64,000 nucleotides of DNA from Octopus sinensis (lineage: Eukaryota). Within the stretch, counting starts at the first letter, position 1; each line of letters starts with the position of its first letter. The DNA is taken from assembly GCF_006345805.1 (NCBI RefSeq), contig NC_042999.1, positions 150,040,001-150,104,000 of the forward strand. The letters run 5' to 3'. Shown here in pieces: positions 1 through 12,689 of this stretch. The position numbers and the translations under genes are program-made. The notes under the pieces were generated by a model. The model was given only the letters and a program-made list of their open reading frames with translations. It was not told the DNA's origin and did no database searches.

Positions 1-1430
1 TAAAACATCTGTACCTTAATTTAATGAAGGATACCCGACAAGCCACACTGGCAACAAGGCCACCATACGGTCGTTGGTCGACCAAAATGGGTGCACTGTA
101 AACGAACCCGGTAAAACGTGTGAGGTTCTTCACCAGTATTTCGCCCAGCTATTTAGGACGAGTGGTGGGCCAGAACGCAGGATGAACTTTTCAGACTTCC
201 TTGTTGGCTTGCCGCGACACTTGATGCGAGAGGTGGAGTGCTGTGAAGGGCCGTTTTCAGCTTCGGAGGAGAGGCCATGTCGGGCTGCGTCGGGGACAAA
301 TCGCCGGTTCTGGATGGTCTACGCCGTGAATTCCTTTACAGTATACTAGACTTGTTTGGGAACCTACTAGCAAGCATATACGCCAACTGGCAGCAGAACG
401 GGTGTATTTCTAACTCTGTGAGTTGGGAGGCCGTCGTGCTTCTAAGGAAGGACCCAAACAAGGGGACGTAATTGAAAATTTCAGGCACATCACTCTGCTC
501 AATGCAGAGTTGAAGATTTTGACTAAGATGTTAGTTAAGAGGTTGGCGCTTGTCATCGATAAACTGGTTGGGGGAATGGGCGCAAACGTGCGCCTACCCA
601 AACAGAACCATCCACAACAACCTCCACCTGATGCGCTATACCATAGATAGGGTGGTAGATAATCCTGGTAGAAAATGGAGGCTTTCAAAGGCATTCCGCG
701 TGATGTGGGCTACGAGAGGACAGTGTCAGCGTATGCGGACGACATCACCGTCATCGTAACCTGTGACAAACACCTGCTTCTAGTAGGTGGTTCCATAAGG
801 AAGTACGGTGTGGTGACGGGAGTAAAAATTAACTGTGAAAAGTCGGTCGGCCTGCAACTCGGCACCTGGAGAGGCAGGTCGACGCCGCCCAACAACCTCG
901 TGGGACGGTGGACGGATGTCCCGGTGAAATTGCTCGGCGTATGGTTCGGGCCAGACCTCCAGATAGAGAGAAACAAGGGCGAGGTAGCGAGCAGGGTGGC
1001 CAATCTTAACCAGAAATGGGCTGAGAGAAAGCCATATCTGAAAGGATGGGCGGAGGTGGCGAATGTGTACATCGCATCCGTTATCATTTACCGCTTAACC
1101 GTTGTGCCTTGTCCGAATTCGTGTCTGGTCAAGTTGGAGCGCTTACTCTTCCGCTTCCTGTGGAAGGGGTGGAGTCCGCTGGTCAGATGCTCTATCTGCT
1201 GTCAGCTGCCGCTAAACGGAGGGCTTGGCAAGTCTAGGCTAAAAATGCGTAGACATGCGCTAAGGCTGAGTCATCTCCAGCTCTACCTAGACGGTGAACA
1301 GGTGTGGTCGCCCTTCGTCAAGCTCATCTTCACACAGTTTGCCTCTTTTAGCAAGCTGAACTGGATCAAGTGCAGACCTAAGTTGGGTGCTTGGCAAGCA
1401 GAGTGCCATCAGGCTCTCACGCTTCTCTGC
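1..1430 (+). mobile_element. Degenerate Tx1/L1-clade non-LTR retrotransposon ORF2 (reverse transcriptase) fragment
   Basis: Frameshifted pieces carry L1/Tx1 RT motifs: KSPVLDGLRREF (cf. KSPGxDGLPxEFY), FRHITLLNAELKILTKMLVKRL (cf. YRPISLLNxDYKILAK), SAYADDITV (YADD), VKLLGVWFG, then a post-RT region (RLLFRFLWKG...GGLG). Multiple stops and frameshifts. Confidence 0.85.
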
Positions 1431-1505
1431 CGTTTTCGGCGTAACCCTAACCATTACTCTAAACGTCGAAAACGGGTGGTGTGCGTATTCTTTACCTTCG
1501 CCGGA
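1430..1505. mobile_element. Truncated copy of a foldback element containing TAACCC repeats
   Basis: ccgttttcg-gcgTAACCCTAACC...cgaaaacgggtggtgtgcgtattctttaccttcgccg. Same family as 10985-11094; the left arm is truncated where it joins the RT fragment. Confidence 0.65.
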
Positions 1506-1509
1506 ATAC

Positions 1510-2428
1510 CAAACACAGGAACAGGACTGGTTGCGGAAAACACAGCAGAAACTACAATAATAAAAAGTACAGCAGAAACAACAACAGCAGCAAAATGAAA
1601 AGCAACAGCAAAAAAAAAAAACCCTCAGAAGGAAGTCCTAAAAGGAACACCAACTCAACAGAGTTACCCCTTCCCGAGTCTGACTCGGACATGTGCAAAA
1701 AAGAAAAAAACCGACAAAGAAGAGTGGAGAGCAGCCCCCCCCCCCCAAAAAAAAACAAACCAAAAACGGACACAACCACAGCACCTCCCCACAACACCCA
1801 CTTTACCAGCACCGCCAATACCACTGTCAGCACCGCACACAGAACAGAAACCACCATCAAAAAGCATATAAATCTTACTGCAATATACATAAAGAATACA
1901 CAACTAATGAAATACATACAAGAACGCCGACATTACCACAAGTCATTTTCTTTGTACACCACCCAAAAAACCACCACACACAAAGATCCTCAGCATTTCA
2001 AAAACACGCCCATTGTTATCGTTTCTCTATGTGGGCAAATTTTCAGGAAACTAGGAAGTAAAATTCTATAAAATTCTAATCGTAGAAACACCCACAGCCA
2101 GCCAGAGGAATGAGAAAACCACTCCCCACCTCAGCCAAAAGAGTATTTTTTGCGGGGGTGGGGATAAACGTTACAAGAATAGCTCGAATGAATGGGTCTG
2201 ACTTGAGCATAAATTTCTAATCAAAGACATAGGCTTTCGCCCGAGCGATCAGATTGTTTCGTGGTTTTTGGGATTTCTACGACCAACTCAGGAAATCTCA
2301 CCCTTTGGGGCGGGGGGTTACTGTTAATATTTTACTATTGTTATTTTGTTGTACACGCTTTCATGTATGACCCCACCCGTATGTCCCTCTATGTTGAGCC
2401 CTTAGTGGCTAATAAAAGAATTTCTGAA
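1510..2428 (+). mobile_element. 3' part of a Tx1-like non-LTR element: low-complexity ORF C-terminus, 3' UTR and AATAAA end
   Basis: K/T/P-rich frameshifted ORF ending ...GQIFRKLGSKIL* at 2071, then about 350 bp of UTR ending atgtccctctatgttgagcccttagtggctAATAAAagaa (AATAAA at 2411-2416). Confidence 0.55.
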
Positions 2429-2793
2429 CTATACAACTATGCAGGGCCAGCTGGAGTTGCTAGCAACTCAGTTGCCCAACAGATCATGTACTTCGAAGCG
2501 CTACGCCTCATGTTTGGGATCTTCGAAATTTAGTAAGAAAAATAAAATTCACGTTTAACGAATTGTAATCAAGACCATCCCGATATTTACTGGTTTTACT
2601 CGATGTTGAAATTTTTTTCAGAATTTATACTTTTAAGGACGCAAGAATTCAAGTTGTCCTGGGGCGCCAAGAACCCTGGACTGGTCCTGTTGTCATGCTT
2701 GCGCCCAACAAAAGTTAATCGAGATTGGAGAAAACAAATACCCTGAAAACCACAAGAAAACCAATTGATTCTGGAGGCTAGGAACTGTACAGC

Positions 2794-3715
2794 GTGGTCC
2801 TCGGAAGTGAGCTGTGTATTCATACAGTTAGGAACATTCAACATATTTTCTATAAGAGTGAAGCACAACATATAGCGACGAGGATGACATCCGAAAAACA
2901 TTTAAACTTGAACAACTTGGAAGAAGCTAATGCCTGGCTTATATTATTCAAAGCAAAAACTGAATGCAACGACGTTGAAGATGTCAAAAAGAAGCCAACA
3001 TTTCTTTCTACCTGGGGAGTTGAAGTCATAATGAAGTTAAATGTTCTCTTCAATGTAAGTCTTCAGAACGCAACATACCATCAAATAATGAATGCGTTGC
3101 AACAACTAATAAAGGAGATACTGTTAATTGCGGACAGATTAAAATTATTGGAACTAAAGCAACTAGAAGATGGGTCAATCAATGACTTTCTCCTTAAGAT
3201 TAATTCTCAAGCTTCCTTCTGTCATTTGAATAGGTTGAAAGAAAATCCAGAAGAGGAAATCAATGAACTCATTTCCATCGCGGGATTGTCGTCGGCAGAG
3301 ATGAGTTAATAGTTTTGGAGCAGTTAAGGTGTCATTCTAAAATGAATTACACTGAAATAGCTGCTCTCGCATCCACTATAGAATCGGAAACACTGTCGAC
3401 AAACAAACTTCTAATGTCAACAAAAATGCAAGCAGTCGTGACGTTGTCGTGAAATATCGAAATTGTGTGCGTACACACAAAGCTCGTGTGTGTCCAGACT
3501 ATATGGAAAAAAAATTGCAATAAATGCGGCAAATTAGGACAACATAGATGTATCTCCAAGCTAGATAGGATCTGTCGACAGTTTGTTGCTAAACGTGAAC
3601 AACAATGTGAGTGCAGATAACACAGGTTTTTGCAAATGTTTTATAAATAACAGAAGCATAGATAGGAAAGTGGATACCGGAGCAGTTTGTTCGATAGTCC
3701 TGTTATCGTTTGCTT
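2794..3715 (+). mobile_element. Ty3/Gypsy gag-protease remnant
   Basis: Gag-like ORF 2794-3309 (LLIADRLKLLELKQLEDGSINDFLLKINSQASFC...), a decayed zinc knuckle CNKCGKLG at about 3516-3551, and the aspartic protease motif V-D-T-G-A-V-C-S-I-V starting at 3670. Confidence 0.75.
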
Positions 3716-3724
3716 GTCCCGCTA

Positions 3725-4760
3725 GCGACTAATTTTAGTCTTGAATGATTGATTGCTGTGATTTTTGTTGAAGGCTTCTACCCAGGTACGTTTATACTGA
3801 ACTGTTAAAATTGTTAATTTGTTGTTTTTCCAAAGCACACAGCTTGTGCTGCAATCTCTTTTTTTGTTTTTGTTTCTTCCCCCGTTTGGGATGGAAACAA
3901 ATATGCCTAAAATAAGCGTCGAGGAAGGACGAGCGGGAGCTACGCACCGGTAGCAGGAAAACAGAACATGACGAAGACTGTACAACAGTTAGAAATAAAA
4001 TATATTACTATCCCTCACGATAAATTATGTGAATGCATGCAATTTGCAAAAAGGGAGGGGTTGAGAGTAAAACTGACCCCTCCGGAGGATTTAATCGGAG
4101 ATGTGAAAAGAACAGTATTTTTTAGGACTATATTTACCCGGAAAAAAAGATTGAAATGGCTCCAGAATAGGCCATTGAAAAATGTTTAGACTCAAAGACA
4201 TCTACTACTACACCCGAGGTAGAAAATACGGTACAGTGGAGGTATGAATTGCCTCCGTAGAGGTGGCAGTTATGCACTCCACTGTACCAGTAAGAACTGA
4301 GGAATGGCTGCTCCTGCCACCCTACCTGGAGAAAAGAGTCTAGGGTGAGGATTGACAGGATTCCCCCTGAAATGAGAGAAGTATGGATTGCGGCTGCTGT
4401 ACTCTCTAGAACAAAGGAGGACACATTAGCTGCGCAGGCAACCCGGACACAATTGAATTGGTGGAGTACGGCCTGGAAATAATTGTCCAGGCCACCCAAA
4501 CGGATCTAAACAAGCTTCCAGAAATTGAGTTACCAGAAGACAAAAAATTAACATTGACAGTAGAAAGGATGCCTCCCACCTGCTATGGCTGCGGCCAGAA
4601 GGGGCACATCAAAAAGAAGTGCCCTCAAAATGAACAAAAACAAAAGAAAGCAGCTGTGATCCTGACCGAACCCGAGAGCGAAGGAAGCAGAAGGGACTCA
4701 AGATGCGACAGATGGAACAAACAGACCAATAAGATGCTGAAGCGGACTACATACAAGTAA
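3725..4760 (+). mobile_element. Tx1/L1-like ORF1 (gag-like) remnant with 5' region
   Basis: Frameshifted pieces RGRKYGTVEV...RTEEWLLLPPYL...RIDRIPPE and an intact CCHC knuckle CYGCGQKGHIKKKC (4581-4622). Confidence 0.7.
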
Positions 4761-4761
4761 C

Positions 4762-4987
4762 AAAAGATTTGTCCCAGCATACGCTGATAAAGTAGAACCA
4801 CTCATCAGCTAGATCTAAAGAATCTAAGTTGAGTAAAAAGCAAGATAAAGCCTTCCGTATGCTTATCACTCATCTTTCGGAGACTCTAGTTTTGCAACCG
4901 TACTCACTGGAGATGAACACTCTCACCGTAGATGCAGCCTTGATTGCAATATCTAGGGTGTTATCCAGGAAGGACACCCAGTAGCAA
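4762..4987 (+). mobile_element. Ty3/Gypsy RT-thumb/RNase H junction remnant
   Basis: Reads RFVPAYADKVEPL...DKAF...LVLQPYS...LTVDAA...ISRVLS/QEGHPVA, matching the Gypsy pattern FIPxF..AxPL...AF..L...PVL..Y...TDAS..GIGAVLSQ. Confidence 0.7.
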
Positions 4988-4989
4988 CA

Positions 4990-5215
4990 TAACTAACAAA
5001 CTGGCAACCCCACTCCAGACTAGAGCCATACCCAGCCAATTTATATACGACCGCACGATCTGCTACAAATAATCACCAAATTGCCTTTAGTGTATTTTAA
5101 AAAAATTTGGATAATGTGATCAGAGATACACATCTCAAAAACATGTTGGGATAGTCACGACTGGAATGCTTTTTAAATATAGAGCTAACCTGGGGCTAAA
5201 CAAAAACATGGTAAC
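4990..5215 (+). mobile_element. SINE-like repeat, family D (ends ...gacctggggctaaacaa)
   Basis: Similar to 26230-26370, 43730-43975, 55830-56000 (reverse) and 60560-60720. Confidence 0.45.
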
Positions 5216-6615
5216 TGATACCATATTCATTCGGCTAGCAGCGACTAATACCAATGGCCAAATAGGGATGGGAAAAAGATTACTAAATATAAAAATACTG
5301 TTGGTGCAACAGCCGTGACTACCAGATTGTGTTTACAGATCACAATATGCAGCCAAACAGACTTTTGGCCTAATTTATATTTCTTACAGGCGCAATGATT
5401 GTATAGGGATACATCTTAACTCTCAACAGAACCACTTCATTTTGAGAAGTGAATCTTCCCAGCTAACGAATAGATGTTACTATTTTAAGCGCATAATAAA
5501 AATAGCGATGAATATTTTTAGCTAAAGCTAAAAATGGCAACAATCAGGACGACAAAAAGAAATGCGCAACCCTTTGAAATAATGTTTGGAAAAGATGGCG
5601 ATTGCTAAAATAAAGAGAATCACAGCTGAAATGCTCTCGATTACAGACCCACTCGATCAAGGATGTTCTGGTGCTTAAACAATCCTAAGATTTAAAGTAG
5701 TTTTATAAATATTGGAGGCGGGGGGGGAAAGAAACTAAGAAAGATGGGTCGATTGAGGAATACCCACCATGAGTGATTCGGCCCTTGCTTACATTCAAAT
5801 AGGAAATCGTCCGCTGACGAAATCTAAGCAGCCCCATTTGGGAAAGAAAAAGAAAAAGTCTTAAAACTAAAACAGTAACTAAATATTACATTCATGTATT
5901 TGCAAAATTAAAGATATTTCTCGGCATGGATGCATTTAGGCAAGTTAAACACTGGCACTTAGCCACTCTGTTGAAAGGTTCCACAATCCCTTCTCTGCAG
6001 GAGCGCTCATCACGAGCGACCAAAATGCCCCAAGAATCAAACCATAGAAAAAGGTGGGGGCTATATTGGATAATGTAGTTATAGATGCACCAAGATTAAA
6101 AAGACGAGATGACCACGGTTGGAACATATTTAATCCTTGTTCACCTGGGCCATTGAGGAATGAATGAACGGGGGTTAAAGTAGTACAAGCTGACAATCTC
6201 TTGGTTACATAAAGACTAAGATTGTATCCCCCTCACATGCAAATGGCAAATCTTGGTTACTACAATTAACTACTTTCAGATTCTATACAGCAATAAAATA
6301 TTCAAAAGTGAATTGTTGTGCAATGTTTATTCAGAGTTGCTTGAGAAAAACCCATCCTAGATTGACACGGAAGGCAAACAGGTTGAAATTTCTGTTCGAC
6401 AGGTTTGGCGGTTAATATCCTGTAAATGTGCTACCCTATGTGTTAGCTTTTAATGCACTGTAACCCAAAAATTCAAGTAGCTTCAGGTGTGAAGACAACC
6501 TTCGTAAATGATATAAATAACCCTAACCACTTTTAGAATGCTCTTGAAGCTTTACAGCTTAGCCATTGACAATTTAAACAGTTTGTTCATAAATGTCGAT
6601 TTGAAAGCGAAGATA

Positions 6616-6649
<34 letters not shown>

Positions 6650-7244
6650 ACTGCGTTTAAATCAGAAATTTTTATTCAACAGTATAAACAACCGAACCAA
6701 AATTATACAACGAATGACCATCAATGAAAATATTTTTATTCAAAAGTTTACTGACAGAATTAATATTTAATACGATATTCTAACATTTAGTCAAATTAAA
6801 TTCAAAACTGCTTTTAGAAAGCTTAAACGCCAACATTTCCATCCTTAATTCTACTTTAGAAAAAAGTCAGGGCAGGAAGTTATTCTTCCCGTTTGATATA
6901 TCAGCCGAATTTTTTTTTTTTTTTTAGACTTCCTCTGTCTTTGCACAACAGAGTTAAGATAAACATAGAAATACTTAAGGTTCCTTCTAAACAATGCAAC
7001 ACTAAAAACAAGCCGGGTCTTTGACTAAGATAGATGTGAACAATATATTCCGCTCATTCATCACCTTAAATATGTAACAGCAAATAACGTAGCGGGTCTT
7101 GTGAAAGGTTCCTAAGAAAATTCTTTAAAAGTTTTCTTTGCAATAGATATAATTGAACACTATAATTTCCAATCCTTTTACACCAGAGGAAAAAAAAATG
7201 GTCGGAAGCGTGGTCGTGAAAACTTAGACAGTTACGACAACAAG

Positions 7245-7522
7245 CGTTCCAGTTGACTTATCAATGGAACAGCCTGCTGGTGAAATTAACGTGCAAGTGG
7301 CTAAACACTCCAGACACACGTACCCATAGCGTAGGTCTCAGGAAGGTTCTTTGTGATTTGACAAAGCTGGCCCTTTAAAATTATAAGTACCTTTCATTTT
7401 CGCCACTTCAGTGCACTGAAGCAACGCGATATAAAGTGTCTTTTTCAAGGATACAATGCGCTGCCGTGCATCGAACTCGCGGTCTTACGATCGCGAGCCG
7501 AATACTCTAACCGCCAAACTAC
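7245..7522 (-). mobile_element. tRNA-headed SINE (family C, CORE-like)
   Basis: Reverse complement begins gcgtagtttggcggttagagtattcggctcgcgatcgtaagaccgcgagttcgatgc (A-box/B-box). Related heads at 12048, 15722, 63030 and 63840. Confidence 0.7.
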
Positions 7523-8637
7523 GCAGCATCACTATGTAGTCGTGAAAGAGTTAAGGTGCCACTACAAAGTCATCAAGAACCAAGAGATTTATTATACACA
7601 AGGATTAGACCAAGCCCGAATACACTGGATCGTTTAAACATTGAGCGTCGTCAATTTTTTTCTTAAATTACTTGAAAAGGAAAATTCAGATTTTTTAATA
7701 CTCAAATGATATACTCAAAATTGAAAGATAAAAATAGATACGACTATCAAGAATGTGGGAAAACGGGTTGCATTAGAAACTAAGACAATTGGAATTATAA
7801 AAAAAATACGAAGAGAGAACAAATGTAACAAAATATTTTTATCATGTAAATTGTATAACATTTTTGAAGAATTTCTGGAGTTTAATCGAGATAACTGAAG
7901 ATCTATAGAATTAGCAAACACCTCGCAAAATTCAAGGTTTTTGTTATTTCTTCAGAACAAAAAGCAAATTAACGAAGGCCATTCATTCCCAAATATTAAC
8001 ACGACAGTAACAAGGTTAGGGCCAAGAAGCTATTAAAAAAAAAAGAAAAAGAAAAACACTTTTCAGAAGACTCAAATTTATGCTAAATTGTTTATCAGCG
8101 AATCTGAGAATCAAGATTCTGCAAGAGTAACCATTCCATAAGTGCGGAATTTTTTCCCGAAATTGCTAACGACGAAACTTGACAGTTAAATACTGACACT
8201 CAAACACTGAAATTAGGAGGATTGCGTAAGGAGTAGATCTCAAATTCAAATTAATCTAAATTATTTTAGATATTCTACCTTGGTTCAATATGGTAAACTT
8301 GGCTGGTGACAATCTATTCAATTAGAATATGAACAAAATAACAGTGCGGTACTTTCAGAACCGGGCAAGTGAGGTAGGAGCTTACGACAAACCGTTAGTT
8401 AATTAAGACAGACCTCTAAGATGGATTCCCTCTAACCATAGGATAATGTTTGTGTCAATAAGCACTTACCGAAATCTACAGTTATAATCAAAGATCAAGT
8501 ATTGTCATGGAAATAATCACATACACAACTAGGAATGGTTTCAGGCTGATAAACAATTTCTTCAAATATTTAGTTTGGTTATGTTAGAACGTAAATATGC
8601 TTTGTACAGAAAGCCGTTCAAATAAATTAATAGTAAA

Positions 8638-10635
<1,998 letters not shown>

Positions 10636-10647
10636 TCACATTAATTC

Positions 10648-10725
10648 CGTCTGATTTTTAAATGTTTGTATCAATTTATATTAAAGAAATCTATGTTGCT
10701 CACTTGTTTGAAACGTCATCCAATC
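10648..10725 (-). promoter_or_regulatory. Candidate core promoter of the TRIM gene
   Basis: On the minus strand: ATTGG (inverted CCAAT) next to a TGACGT half-CRE at about 10712-10724, TATAAAT at 10680-10674, and an Inr-like TCAGAC whose A (10652) lies 28 nt downstream of the TATA T. Confidence 0.4.
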
Positions 10726-10984
10726 TTTTCTAGCAACAGAAATAAATACATCAGTATTTCATCTTAAATTTGGTTGCAATTGAACGATTTCTTTGAAAAT
10801 AAGCGGTTCAGGTTCAAATCCACCAAATTGTTCAAATGTGTATTTTTAATCCAATATTTTTTAGAAGTTAGTTGGACGGCCATAAGTTTTTAATAACCTT
10901 GTCGGGTGAATCGACTACAGTGCATGATGAGTAACCTATATTATCACTCTGCAAATATGGTTTCAAATTTTGGTATAGAGTTAA

Positions 10985-11094
10985 CAGCGTAAGTAAAGAA
11001 TACACACACCACCCGTTTTCGGCATAACCCTAACCCTAAACGTAACCCTAACCCCTGAAAACGGGTAGAGTGCGTATTCATTACCTTCGCCGAA
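10985..11094. mobile_element. TTAA-flanked foldback/MITE-like element enclosing TAACCC telomere repeats
   Basis: About 35-bp imperfect inverted arms (gtaaagaatacacacaccacccgttttc / gaaaacgggtagagtgcgtattcattac) around four TAACCC units; TTAA at 10981-10984 and 11095-11098. Confidence 0.7.
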
Positions 11095-11106
11095 TTAACA
11101 ATATTT

Positions 11107-11278
11107 GAGGGGAGGGGAAGGTCGCTTATATCAACCGCTGTATTGGACTGGTACTTATTTTATCGACCTCGGAAGGATGAAAGGCCAAGTTAACCGCGGC
11201 GGAATCTGAACTCAGAACTTAAGGACGGACGAAATGCCGCTACGCATTTTGTCCGGTATGCTAATGGTTCTGCCAGCA
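11107..11278 (-). mobile_element. SINE family A (older copy)
   Basis: Shares the GAGCTGGCAG head, B-box-like GAGTTCAAATTCC and core GCCTTTCATCCTTTCGGGGTCGATAAA.TAAGTACCAG with other copies. Further degraded copies at about 20005-20180, 20230-20395, 22480-22640, 26600-26800, 46215-46420 and 60400-60545. Confidence 0.75.
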
Positions 11279-12047
11279 AAACTCTTCATAGCTCCGCAAA
11301 TATGAATCACAAAATTTGTTTCCTTTACAGTATTTGAACTCAGAATGGAATGTACTCAATTCGGATCCTATTTACAATTTTTTAAAATATTAATTCGATT
11401 TTCCCACTTGATGCAATCTTGTACAGCAAGAGTACAAACAGGGGTGACGAGGCGGTTTCAAATCCCAATAGAGCAATTTCCCTTTATTTACTCCGCTAAT
11501 GACTTTGATTGAGGCATAAATGCCACATGCTCCACTTCCGCTCTCTTGATACAAAGAACTTTCGGTCTTCTTTTCGTGGCTTGGTCAGAAGAAAGGAACT
11601 GTGCCTAGGGCGAACCTTCCAAGAGATGCATGCTATAGCTGATGTTCCTCTTGGAAGGTTGAAAATTAAAGACTGCAGAAAAAAACATAGAATGGTGGGG
11701 TGGTGGATTCTAAAGGAACAGGGTCTAAAGAAGAAGGGTTGGCGTGATGGGCCGTACAGAACCTACGAAAGGGGTGGACAAAATATGGATGCTGAGGAGT
11801 GGTTGTGATACAAATAAGTCGGGAGTAAAGGTGGCACGATCCCAGCCAGTTATGAGGAGCAAAAGCATCAGTAGTAGCGGTAGAAAAGGCAGGGAGATGA
11901 GACGGTACGTCTGTGAGGCGATGGTTAAGGTATGATTGAGAGCGATTTTATGCTAGTCAGTCGAACGGCAATTTTGTAGATGCGTTCTTGGATGTCTGCA
12001 TCTCAGATAGCACTCCATTGTGTGTGTGTGTGGGGGGGGTGCATAAA

Positions 12048-12310
12048 AGGCACGTGGTTTAGTGGTTAAGATGTTGCGCTTACGATCACAAGACCGTGAT
12101 TTCGATTCCCAGATCAGCGCTGCTTTGTGCTCTTGAGCAAAACTCTTCATTTCACGTTGCTCCAGTCCGCTCAACTGTGAATGAGTAACCCTGCAACGGA
12201 CCGACGTTCCGTTCAAGGGAGTTTGACCTGCCAGCGGGGGAATCATTCTAAATCAACAATACGGGGAAACGCATTGTGACCAGCAGTGTATAATAACAAC
12301 TGATACTCTA
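12048..12310 (+). mobile_element. tRNA-headed SINE (family C)
   Basis: ggcacgtggtttagtggttaagatgttgcgc...gatttcgattccc head followed by a CORE-like tgctcttgagcaaaactcttcatttcac segment. Confidence 0.7.
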
Positions 12311-12400
12311 GTTGATACAATGATTGTTTTATAAGTAACGGCAAATTCTGTCCTAGTATGCGGTTGCCAGTACATACATACATACATACATACATACATA

Positions 12401-12575
12401 CACTAGCGTAGCTAGGGCGGGGCGAGGGGGGTGGCGGTCCACCCAGGGCGACACTTTTAAAGAGACACCACTTTTGGCTCTGCTGTTGGCAATATGTGTT
12501 TTTTTTTTTTGTGGGGTCCGGGAGCGGCAGACGGAAGGGCCGCTCTGGGAGGCACACACTCTAGCTACTCTAGTG
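12401..12575. mobile_element. 175-bp MITE with 15-bp TIRs and TA target duplication
   Basis: TIRs CACTAGCGTAGCTAG / CTAGCTACTCTAGTG (1 mismatch), with TA on both sides. Confidence 0.7.
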
Positions 12576-12629
12576 TACATATATACAGACAGATAGGTAG
12601 AGAGGGAGAGAGAGAGTGTGTGTGCGTGC

Positions 12630-12662
<33 letters not shown>

Positions 12663-12689
12663 TGTGTGTGTGTGTGTGTATTGGAGAAT

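Noticed and set aside
2655-2712. Possible primer-binding site (gcgcccaac) upstream of the Gypsy gag
   Set aside because: Only a partial match to a tRNA-Lys PBS, and no paired LTRs could be identified.
5215-6300. Possible continuation of the Gypsy RNase H/integrase
   Set aside because: Only a weak IVFTDH string was found; no convincing HHCC or DDE motifs.
6617-6647. 31-nt poly(A) run
   Set aside because: No TSD or recognisable retroposed body upstream.
7460-7522. tRNA gene candidates at SINE heads (also 12048, 15722, 63030 and 63840)
   Set aside because: A/B boxes are present but the cloverleaf is incomplete and the sequence continues into SINE bodies.
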